Source: Thermoplasmatota archaeon (lineage in GTDB: Archaea > Thermoplasmatota > Poseidoniia > Poseidoniales > Thalassarchaeaceae). From it: a DNA stretch of 64,000 nucleotides. Location of the stretch: NCBI GenBank assembly GCA_030828405.1, contig JAURCP010000002.1, forward strand, positions 3,169 to 67,168, in the 5' to 3' direction. How positions within the stretch are numbered: the stretch's first letter is position 1; the number at the start of each line of letters is the position of its first letter. The translations under genes and the position numbers were made by a program. Of this stretch, positions 35,103 through 46,600 are shown in pieces. The notes beneath the pieces are model-generated. The model had not been told where the DNA came from and did not search any database. It saw only the letters and a program-made list of their open reading frames with translations.

Positions 35103-37175
35103 ATGAAAGACAATCTTCTTGGTCATTCTATTGTCAGGTTTACTTTCATGGAACACGCTGACAATATCCGGGTCGGCAATTTTGTGGCTCATGATAAATT
35201 GAGAAGTGCACAAGAAAAGATGATTAAAGAAGGCATTATTGCCTTAGAGGAAGAGGGTTTTCTATTTGCAGCAGCGCCTACTGGAATTGGGAAAACAGCA
35301 GCTTCATTAGCTGCTGCGATAGAAATAGCTAGAAATAGTGATTACCCAAAACAAGTTTTATTTTTAACAGGAAGACAATCACAACATAAGATAGTAGTCG
35401 AAACAATAAAGAGTATAAATTCTAAATTGAATAAAGAAATACCAGATGTCAAAGTTGTAGACATTATAGGTAGAGAATCCATGTGCAATGAAGTCGATAG
35501 AATTACTGGGAAATGCTCTTGTGAAGAAAATATTGTAGAGGGAAGTAAACAGAAAAGAAGAGATGATCTAAAAGAGCTTATCTTACAAAGCCCAATACAT
35601 GTTGATGAAGTAATCAAAATTGGGAGAAAAAAGAAAATCTGTTCTTGGACCGCTGCCAGATCGGCAGTAAGAGAATGTGACATCTTGATTTGCGACTATA
35701 ATCATGTTTTTGTTGAAAATGTTAGTGAAAGTTCATTGACTGCGATGAAGATAGATTTAGGACAGTGTATATTAGTTGTTGACGAGGCACATAATCTACC
35801 TGATAGAATAAGAAATGGACTCGAGAGAAGAGCGATAATGAAAATCTTTCGAGATTCTCGATTAGAGATTGACGAATATCTTGGTTCAAAAGAACAGGAA
35901 ATAAAGAAATTTGATTTATCAGAATTACAAAACAATAATGATATTTATAGTATAAAAGAGACGCTTAGACAAATGACGAAATTAGAAAAACAAATGAAAA
36001 TTTGGTATAAAATGAAAGAAAGAGATTTGATAAAGTCTGGTAAAAAAGATATGAAAATATCGACTATTGACTTCGTTGGTGAAATAGATTCTATACTTAA
36101 CGAAGAGTTAAATATTGAAATTAATAATAATTTTTCCATCTTAAAAGATTTAATTATTCAATTACGTAGAGTCAAGGTTGACCAGGATGATGATGATGAA
36201 AAAGAAACCGCAAGTACTAGACTAGCAGAATTACTTACAATTACATTAGAATATTTACACAATAACGCCTTAGTATTGGTTTTCGATCTACTCGGGGACG
36301 AAGGTAGGGTCAGAAGTTTCCTATTAGATCCGGGAGTTATTAGTGGACCTATTTTTTCAAGCACTAGTGGAGCTATACTAATGTCAGGTACACTTTTCCC
36401 GCCAGAAATGTATGCAGATTTACTACGGATACCTAAGACAAGAAAAGTCATTATGACCGAATATGATTCGCCATTTTTAGCGGAAAGAAGACCTATCTTA
36501 GTAGCCAAAGACGTCACCACCAAATATACTGAAAGGAATCTGGAAAATACAGAAAAGATTCGAAAACACATTCTAGCAGTTATAATGAATACTGCTGGAC
36601 ATATTGCTTTTTTCTCACCAAGCTACGCATTAATGGATGATGTATTAGGCGATGCAAACTGGTTACCAGGACATATTAGAATAATAGATGAGGATAAAAG
36701 AATGTCTAAGAGCAGAGTCAACGGGATAGTTGACGAATTACTTAATGAAAGAAGAAATCAGAGGCAGGTTCTATTGGCAGGTGTTCTCAGTGGTAAGTTA
36801 GCAGAAGGTGTTGATTATCCAAACAATATCCTAGATGCTGTGATTTGTCTCGGACTTCCTCTAGCCCCTCCGAGTGCTAGACAGGATGCATTGAAAGATT
36901 ATTATGTGGAAAGATTTGGTAATAATAAAGCATGGAGATACACGAGTTCTCAACCAGCTATAAACAGTATATTGCAAGCATTAGGCAGGCCTATTAGAAA
37001 ATCTGCAGATAGAGCTATTGTAATATTACTTGAGAAAAGAATTATGATGAGGCAATTCAGAAATTGTCTTCCCGTTAATGTGGATATTTTTGAATCTCCT
37101 GATCATAATAGAACAGGCAGACTGACAAAAAATTTCTTCAAGAGAAATCCTGAACCAGCTACAGAGAGAGAATGA
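35103..37175 (+). CDS. xpd: XPD/Rad3-family (DinG-like) Fe-S DNA helicase
   Basis: Walker A AAPTGIGKT and DEAH box VVDEAHNL. Fe-S cysteines in ESMCNEV...GKCSCEEN...KKICSW. C-terminal helicase motifs GKLAEGVDYP and QALGRPIR. The start could also be M16. Confidence 0.85.
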   Translation: MKDNLLGHSIVRFTFMEHADNIRVGNFVAHDKLRSAQEKMIKEGIIALEEEGFLFAAAPTGIGKTAASLAAAIEIARNSDYPKQVLFLTGRQSQHKIVVETIKSINSKLNKEIPDVKVVDIIGRESMCNEVDRITGKCSCEENIVEGSKQKRRDDLKELILQSPIHVDEVIKIGRKKKICSWTAARSAVRECDILICDYNHVFVENVSESSLTAMKIDLGQCILVVDEAHNLPDRIRNGLERRAIMKIFRDSRLEIDEYLGSKEQEIKKFDLSELQNNNDIYSIKETLRQMTKLEKQMKIWYKMKERDLIKSGKKDMKISTIDFVGEIDSILNEELNIEINNNFSILKDLIIQLRRVKVDQDDDDEKETASTRLAELLTITLEYLHNNALVLVFDLLGDEGRVRSFLLDPGVISGPIFSSTSGAILMSGTLFPPEMYADLLRIPKTRKVIMTEYDSPFLAERRPILVAKDVTTKYTERNLENTEKIRKHILAVIMNTAGHIAFFSPSYALMDDVLGDANWLPGHIRIIDEDKRMSKSRVNGIVDELLNERRNQRQVLLAGVLSGKLAEGVDYPNNILDAVICLGLPLAPPSARQDALKDYYVERFGNNKAWRYTSSQPAINSILQALGRPIRKSADRAIVILLEKRIMMRQFRNCLPVNVDIFESPDHNRTGRLTKNFFKRNPEPATERE

Positions 37176-37212
37176 ACGACGGGTTCATCCGGGATGGTAG
37201 TTTCGAAAGAGC

Positions 37213-37689
37213 ATGGAACTAACGTGGCAAAGACATGAAATCAAAATTCTTGACAAAGAATTGAATGTTGAAAATCATATGCAAATCTCTACAAATGGTT
37301 TGGATACAAATGCACAAAGATTACATAGAGATTTTATTACAAATCTTCCTCATTTATCTGAAGTTAGGAATGACCATATGGCAATAGTCGCAGATATTAG
37401 TTCAGATATAGAGGCTGGAATAATTAATACTAGAGGTATATTATCAACTGAAGATTTATTGAATGAATTTAATGGAGAAATGGATGGGAAGAGGATTACC
37501 CTCCCAATGAAAATTACTTCTTCGGATGAAATAATTATCCAAAGTAGAATGGAAAATGAAAACCAGATTGTTCAGATAATTTCGGCAGAAATTAATGGAG
37601 GAATATTTAGGAGTTTTATTATGCCAAACGGTTGTGAAATAACTGGTATCTCAAGTGGGAACGGGATCATAGAAATTCTATTTCTTTAA
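37213..37689 (+). CDS. Hypothetical protein
   Basis: 158-aa ORF lying 37 nt after xpd on the same strand. No motif recognised. Its 3' end overlaps the convergent giant gene by 12 nt. Confidence 0.4.
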   Translation: MELTWQRHEIKILDKELNVENHMQISTNGLDTNAQRLHRDFITNLPHLSEVRNDHMAIVADISSDIEAGIINTRGILSTEDLLNEFNGEMDGKRITLPMKITSSDEIIIQSRMENENQIVQIISAEINGGIFRSFIMPNGCEITGISSGNGIIEILFL

Positions 37690-40600
37690 TTCTTCATCTT
37701 CCATTGCAACATAATCATCTCTGACGGGGATATCTTGTAATTGATCAATTTCTTGTAAAACTGCGTTAAGAGCGATTTGTGCATTTTGACGATGTCCCTC
37801 CCCGAGAACGTGACTCGAGTATCTAGCCTCTTCGAAAATTCTGTCCAAAGAAACTAATGATTGTTCACTAATAGGTAAGGCAGACCTAATTGCTATCTCA
37901 AACTCTCTAACTGTTTCAAAATCTCTACGTAAGAATCCTCTTCGCATTAATATTTGACACAGACTTTCGTAGCAATTGTAAATTGCTTCTCTAAACTCAT
38001 CCCCTGCCGCCAAGAGTTCGGCAGTATAACTAAAAATACCTGCTAATTCATCTATTGTTGCACTTCTTCTACGTTGATAATATAGACCACTACCAACCAT
38101 TCCAATTAGTATGATTAAGATAATCGAAGCATAAAGTAACGATTGGAAGATGGAAGATTCTTCAGTAACCTCATACTCAATAGTTACGTGAGGATTTTGA
38201 TTTTGTTGAGTAGCTAACCAAGTTCTGTTTGAAGGATCAATAAAAAGAGAGTCTGTGTAGAAGTTAATGCTTAATTCTCCCCAGAAATCCCTGTCCCAGA
38301 GCGTAGGTAGACCCTCAATTGACTTAAACTCATAAGTAAACAAACCATCTTCATCGGTCATTTCTATTACTCTAAAATGTGTCTGCCCCGAAGATGAGTT
38401 AATTAATGAAGCAGACATTGAAATATTAGCAACAGGTTCAAATGAATCTGTAGAAGTGACATTGACGACCCCTCTAATTATTCTTACATCTCTATCAATT
38501 TTAATAGATTCCGGTGTAAACTTGAAATTAACGGGGACCATTATTGAAACTGACAAATCTTCAGAACCACCATTGAGAAATCTAGTGCTATCTGATTCAA
38601 TTTTGACTACTAGATCTATAGGTCCAGGAGGCATTGGGTAGTGAGCATTCGATTGTATTCTGAAATGACCAGTTGATTCATCCCATTGTACGTTGGCATT
38701 CTCAGGACCATCTGTTAGCCAGTGTAAAGTGACAACCATGTCCTCGATAACATTTCCACCTCCTCCGACTTCTAAAATTCGTCCTTCAATCTTAATTGGA
38801 TGTTCAACATCACTCCTGATTATGGTCTCAGAAATCCATAATATTTCTATTTCAATATCTGATCTAACATAAACAGACATATTATAGCTGATTGGGAGAT
38901 AATAGGTTTCTCCAGAAAATTCTACTAAAATATCGTGTTGACCTCTGTCAATTGAGTATCCTAAGATATGATCAAACTCATAAAAACCATTGGCTAGAGT
39001 ATTTGTCTTTCCAATCTCTTCACCATCTAAATAAATGATGATTTCTCGACCATTTAACCCTGGTAGACCCTCGGAATCAGCATCATACAGTCTACCGGTG
39101 AAATTCCATTGCCCTCCACGAGTAACAATGCTTGACTCAACTTGTAAGGTAATTCCAGAATGATACGCTATAGTAAGATTTGTTTCAGTAATACCTTCAC
39201 GATAATATCCTTGTTGTGGGGCTTTAACTGTGATAGTATGTACACCTACATCCAAGAACTCTGAAACTAGCCAATTTAGCGACCAGTCTCCCTGTTCATT
39301 ACTAGAAGTAATACCAATCAATACTCCGTCAATAAATATCTCAAGAGAATGATTCGAAAGATATCCATTGGGAAGATTGTCTTGCACGTTTCCTTGTAAT
39401 AATAAATTGTCTCCAACTGCCACAGCACTAGGTTCGGATATGAATACATCCGTAGATGAATATACTATGAATACAGATGAGGAATTTGAGGAAAGAATAA
39501 ATTCTTCACCCTGAAACACAATCTTAACAATTCGAGGACCTAATGGCATATCTGAAGGAACTGGTATGAATAGACTGAAATTACCATCTGAATCTACATT
39601 TAAACCAGTTAATAGTTGGTCATTCATATATACAGAAAGGCCTCTATTAGGAAGTGCACGTCCTGCACCATCTGTTAGCATACCCTCAATCACAAGTAAT
39701 TGATTACGATCAATTTCGCCAGGAGGTGTTGTCAAAACAACTTGGGAGGTCTGAGTAACATTGAATATCGAGACAGAAGAAGACGGGAGGTAATATTCAG
39801 GATTTAACGAATCACCCTGACCCATTGGATCGACCCAGGTGAATCCTCCAAAGAAATCCACTTTTACTTCATGTGAGCCAAAGTCAGTGTTTAACGGGAG
39901 TTCATAATTAATCGTCCAATTACCTGTTGATGAATTACTTAGTGTAGTATATATTGCTCCGACGTCTAGTCCATCAATTGACAAATGAATAACTCCGCCG
40001 GAGTTTATTCCATCCTCAATTAGTAATTGGCCATGCTCATCCAACAAAGTCCCATGGAAAGTAACCGATTCACCTGCAATAGAAGTTCCTGTAATTCCCG
40101 TGAGTTCAATTACTGTTGGGGCTAGTACTACTACTCTAGTTACTGATTCGTCCCCAACAAGGCCAGTGGTTCCTTCAATTCCAGAAAATATAACACTGAT
40201 TTCCATAGGGCCTGCAACTCTATTAGAGTCTACCAGTATCGATACATTGGCTAATCCGGATAAATCAGTAGTTACATTCGATATAATTAAACCATCAACA
40301 ATTACTGAAATTATGACAAAATCAACCGGTAAGGCAGAGTTATCAATCAAGGATAATGAGATATTCATCTCTTCGCCTCTTACTATTCTGCTATCAGGGT
40401 CTAAATCAAGTGGGCTGACAATTGTTAGAAGTGAATAGCCTCTACTATCAAAAATACCGGTTCCAGTACTGGATTGATAATAATTAACATTTGGTGTAAA
40501 CGTTGCAGTGATATTGTGAGTACCTCTAGAGAATGTTAGATCTAAACGGATACTTGCTGACCAAGAACCATCTAACTCGACGTTACTACTTACCACGGTA

Positions 40601-43600
40601 AACGTATCATCCTCTCCATCGATTTCAAAGATTAAACTAGGGGCTAGAGTATTTCCTTGCCTATCTATAATTGCGCTTCCATTACTCGATGTTAAAGTGC
40701 CACTGACATTGAATAACTCTCCAGCCGCTGGATTATCAGTAATATTATCCACAGTTATCAAAGTTGATGAGCGCACTGTGATAGTTGAAATCAATGTTAA
40801 AGTGCCGTGTAGAGTAGTTGAACCATTAAAGTAGAATATAGAGTCTATCTGTCCTAATGGATGTGAATCAGGTATGAAGAATGTAAAATTAACTAGTCCT
40901 TGAGAACTAGAGTTGACCTCGTCTAGCCAAGTATCATGGAATTCAGCAGAAACACTCAATCCTTGTAAAGGGATATCGCCATTACTAGATTCTACAATTC
41001 GGGCAGTTAAGGTGACATTAGAACCTCTTTCAACAACTGTATTAATTAAAGGAGACTTATCGATAAATGTAGTAACTCCTCTAACTAATATAGTGTCATT
41101 TCCTGTCCCTGTCAAATAAAATGGTGTACTTCCTTCAACTACACTGACTATTACAGTCTTAATCCCACTGCTAACACCATCACCTAGAGGATCGGTAGGC
41201 ACTGTAATGTTAAAGCTGCCATTGTTAGATGTGACATGGTTTGTAACTAATTTTTCACTTAAATCATTCAAGAAAAATACTTCTACAGCCATTGGCCCAT
41301 CAACAGTTCTATTGGAATCTACTGCATCCAAAACCTGCCCAGATATAGAGAATGTAGAACCAGCAGTAACTTCGGTAGGGAATGGATCTAAAATAATAGA
41401 ACTAGAAACTTGTACTGTTAAATTTGATGTACTTTGATTCCCTAACCATCTTCCCGCATCTACATCAGTTAAATTGTCTAAGATATCATCAGGAGCTATG
41501 ATTGAAACATTATAGAAACCAGGAGGGGTATCTGCAGGAATGACGGGACTGAAAGTAACTATTCCATCGCTTAAAGTTAAACCTGACTGAAGAGTTTGCT
41601 CCAGAGTTCCCCCTGAATCAAAAATAACATCTGCAATAATATCTGAAATTGGAGAACCATCTGCTATATCTGTAATTGTAGCATTAATTTGCATTGTCTC
41701 TCCTGCAATTACTATTAAAGAAGGAGGAGTTGATTCAACAATCATTTCAGTTTGTATACCTGCATCAATAGAATCTGCATCAGAAACTTTGTAGTATTCT
41801 CCACCACTAGGCGGATTTATCGTATAATCCAAAAAGACTCGTAACTCATAAACGCCAGATGCTATATCTCCCGGCATAAAGAAAGAAATATTATATTCTC
41901 CATTTAGCGGATTAATGAAGCCCCCTCCAAGTCTAATTACAGTATCTGGCGGTGGTGAACCATCAGGTAAAGGAGGTAAGTCTGAAGGAACCAATAATTG
42001 CGCGGTTACTGAGGAGTTATTAGCAATCACAGGAGTCCCAAGATTTCTATCCTGAGCAACACCTGAAACCCAGTTGGAAGTACCTCTTGGGGTCCATTCA
42101 CTACCTAAGTTAACAACAGCATTTGATTGCCCTTGAATTCTTACTGTATCAGTAACAATTGCAGGATTAAGCCATGTACTACCAGAGAAATTCAGAACCC
42201 ACGAATAGTCACCAGCTGGAGCAGTAGCTTCTGGTATCCAGACAGGAGTAATTCTCGGAGTATCAGGATCTGAAATATTCCAAACTGAGGTACCATTAAA
42301 ATCTAAAACATAAGTTCCCAAGAAACTACTTAATGAGGTATTGGTATGGTCGGTGAGAAATACTTCAACAGCTGCCTGATTCCCTCTTGATTGGGGGACC
42401 ATTTCATAGGAAAAAGTAATATCACTCCGAATGCCATGTTCAGTCAAGTAATTCACCTGATCATTAGCGAAAAGGCCCTCAGCATCAAATTGGATTTTAA
42501 CTTCAACTGGACCAGAAGGAATAGATACATTATCTCCAGAGAACAACCAACTTACATTGAATTGGCCTGGTGATGAGGTCCAGTTTGAACTATTAAGATA
42601 CCAAGTCTTTAGAGTTTCAAAGGGCCCACTGACTGAAGCACGTCTCATCTGTAAATATAGAGTACCGTTCAATGCCTCAGGTGCATCTCCATAACTCAGA
42701 ACAGTACCATTCAAGAAAATCAAAGAATCGATATCTAAGAATGTATTGTTCAAGTCTACACCCTCTAAAGTGACAGTTAGATTAGGGGCAGGAGTAATAT
42801 TAAACAAGAAATTATCAGTATATGGCCTAATATGATAACTAGGGATTGTCGCATTATTCAAATCAGTCTCATGCCAACCCAAGAATGAAATTGAAGCATT
42901 GATAAGCCCTAATGGTTCTGATTCAGATATAGGTATATCAAACTCATAATAACCTCCAGTACCTACATTTGAAATCATACTAACAGGTCCATCGATAGAA
43001 GTAGTATAATTCAGAACTACTTGCATATCATCTATTAGTGAAACATCGGAGTTCGGAGGATTTTCAAGTTTTAGATAACCAGTAACACTAGAGTTTACAC
43101 CAACACCTAACATTGGTTGGTTTACAGGAGGAGGTGAAGTGAAAGAGGTAGTAGAATCATCGGTTATATTGATTCTCCATGGGAATGAAATTCCCTGAGA
43201 GCCAACATAAGCTTTTTCGAAAATTTGTAATACTAATGCACCATATCCTGGCTTTATTGGCAACAGAGGTTTGCCAGATAGCTCGAATGACCCATTAACA
43301 TCTGTCGAACCTGTTGCAACTAGATAATCAGAATTAGCCGCGGAACCAGGAACAAGATCTGTTTCATTACCTGGGACTAAATATAAATTGAGAGATACAT
43401 TTTCGGCGGACGTTAAGTTATCTACAAATCTCAGAGTACCATTTAACCAAATATCGCTACCAGACAAGTCTCTATCAAAATTATTAGGCCCCCATTCATC
43501 ATCTACAACTTCTAAGATATTTTGTGGAGGGCAGGCTTCAAATGGAACCCAACCTAGAGTTACATTTCCTTGATTCTGATTTGTCTGCATCTGAACTTCT

Positions 43601-46600
43601 ACCCAAGTAGTGAAGTGGCTACCATACACTTCATACGATTTGCCATTCCAATCTCCACCAGAAAAACCAGTAACTTTACGTGCAGCAAAACCAGCATGGC
43701 GGAGCATTACGGTGAAAACAGTTGCAAACTGTTCACATGATCCTTCTTTTGTATTATTAAGTATATAATGAGTTAAATCATTCTCAACATCTGAAAAACC
43801 ATTTGGTACTGTTGGGTCATTATTTCTGAGGAATGTAGTAGTATTATTACCGTTAATTAGAAAATCTTGTATTGCTTCTACTTTTTCCCACGCTGAAAAT
43901 GCACCAGATTCAGCTAAAACAGCCTGTGTGATAGACAATGGTACTGAACTCTGTCGTACAATGTAAGATTGTGGCAAGTCTTTACCGTAATCACTTCCAA
44001 GGAAGGCAGTAGTATTTTCTCTCACTTGTGGACTAAAGAAAACATCTGGGCTACTAATAAAGATTTGATCAACAGACAAAAGTGAGACACCGATGTCCCT
44101 AGTATAATTAGAGAAATTTAAGATTGCTCCCGAATCGCTCCATGAGGTCCAATTCACAGTATTATACGGAACTATCAATTCTCCTCCAGGCCCTATTTCA
44201 GCACCAGGCATATATGTTATTGTCCAATCATTTGTACTGTTTCCAATCCAAAAAGATTCATGCGCAACACCCTGCATTGAACCAATGTCGAAGACTATTG
44301 GAGTTCCACCGACCAGAGTACTATTCACTCCAAAGGATACTCCGGTGTAATAATCATAAGTATGCCATCTCCAATAATTTGTAATACCCAAATCTACACT
44401 TGTAGAATTTTCAGCTATAAACATTAACATATTTGGATCTATATCGTCACTAGGGTCCCAAGGATTGCTAACAGAACCGTTACAATCTAATGACCAAAAA
44501 TCAGGCCCACATTCATCGCCATCCGGAATTCCTCCCCCATCAGTATCGGGGTTTAACCAATCAAGTCCTATTGCTTGCTCTATGGTGTCAGGTATACCAT
44601 CTCCATCCGTATCAAGAGGATTTAAATCATCTTCGGAATTATTTTGAGGATTAGTTCCATCAAGATATTCTTGCCCATCAGTAACACCTCCGTCATCGGT
44701 ATCGGCATCATTCCACAGAGTGAAATAGGTATCAACGGTACCATTTCCTCCGAAACCGAAAATTAAGTCACAGCCAGTTGTGTTTTCGAAATAATTATTC
44801 AATCCGTCTTCGTCAGTATCTAGGAGATTACTACAAGGTTCACTCGGATCAGTTTGATTAAGTATCTCTGATAAGTCGTCTACTCCATCCCCATCAGTAT
44901 CAACAAGATTGGGGTTAGTGGGTTGCCCCCATGTGGCAAGTAGCTCTTCCCAATCCGCCAAACCATCGCCATCAGTATCAAAATAATCATCATCGCAATG
45001 AGCCTCACTAGGCTGAGGAGAAGCATCCCAACACCAAGAATGATTTGTAAATAAAACAGATACTGCAGTAGCAGGTAAAGAAACGTCTACTTCTTTCAAT
45101 TCATTCCCATCAATCGATCCATATCTGAAGCCTACAGTTGAGCCGTTGATTAACTCATAATACGCCATAGGAGCAGAATCTTGCCTCCAGTCAGAGGGGT
45201 CAGGGTCTAATTCAGTAGTAGAATTAAGTAATAATGACAAAGAAGGTGCATCCCAACTAATTATGGTTTTAATAATAACTATTTCACTGATACAAGGGTC
45301 TGTTTGGTGACCTACAGCAAGTTCATCTCCATCATTTACGCCACCTCCATCGGTATCTGCTAAATCCCACCTGGTGCAAGTTAGATTTTCTTCCCAATTA
45401 TCTATACCATCATTATCAAAATCGCCAACATCCTCGATTCTTGTAGGGTCGGTTTCATTAGAATCGACAATTCCGTTTCCGTTAAGATCTTCTTCTCCAT
45501 CATCAAATTGATCACCATCAGTATTGTTATTTCTAGGGTCGGATGCTTGAGGAGGGTCTCCATATTGCGCGTTTACTTCTACACCGTCGCTAATGCCGTC
45601 TGAATCTGTATCGATAGCAGTTGGATCTGTCAAAAGAATTAATGCTTCATACGAATCATTTAAGCCGTCTCCATCTGTATCGTTGTTGTTAGGATCTGTT
45701 TGAGTAATTGAATCGACTTCCGCAGTAAATATAGCACAACCACCGGGGCCCAGCCCCAACACGGGATTACAAGGTGACTCTGTAGCAGTCATATTGTTTG
45801 GACCTGGTCTGAAATATTGTGTAGGAGGAGTGGTAGAACCATTTCTAGTACCCCAAGTTGGGTTAACGTATTCGTACAAATTAATCAGACCATCACCATC
45901 TGGATCTCCATAGGTGCCATCAACATTAGATGCAGAAGTTGGGTCTAAATTATTCGCAACTTCCCAACCATCAGGCATACCATCTCCATCTGTATCCCAT
46001 CCATCAGGATCTTCATCGATTAATCCGTCACCGTCATCATCATCACTGGAACAATCGGCGTCTCCATCTCCATCAGGGTCGAAATTATCTACCAAGCCAT
46101 CCTTGTCATCATCAAATGTATTGAAACAAATGTTACCTACAGGATCTTCATCTACTCCATCTGATCCTGTCCCCTGAATAAATTGCATTGCACTTTCTTC
46201 ATCCCAAAGTCTCACAGGAACTGTACCATTCCACCAAACGCCATTATCGAGAATATTGGCAGTAGTAGGATCATCCCAATTGGCTGGTATTCCGTAAAGA
46301 TATTCATTCAAATTTGTGAAAGCGTCTCCATCTGGATCACCTACTGAACCGTTAATATCAGTTGGTGAAAGAGGATCTAAACCATATTGCCATTCCCATC
46401 CATCAGGGAGTCCATCATTATCGCTATCCCAATCTTGCGGTTGAGTATTGATAATGAACTCTAAACCATAAGTTAAACCGTCTCCATCATCATCAGTTGA
46501 TGCAAGAGCTTCCCAACTTCCAAACTCAATCGCAGAGTATGAAGCTAGTAACATAATCAATGTGAATAAACAGGCTGAGCGACGTTTGCTTACTAGTTTC

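Noticed and set aside
33007-37689. HD/SAMHD1-like dNTPase, RHH regulator, XPD helicase and an unknown ORF, considered as a possible anti-virus defence island (dNTP depletion plus helicase).
   Set aside because: COG1078-type HD hydrolases and XPD are widely conserved housekeeping genes in archaea. The HD gene is co-oriented and only 3 nt from gdhA. No nuclease, toxin, methylase, integrase or other defence hallmark lies nearby. There is no positive evidence beyond adjacency.
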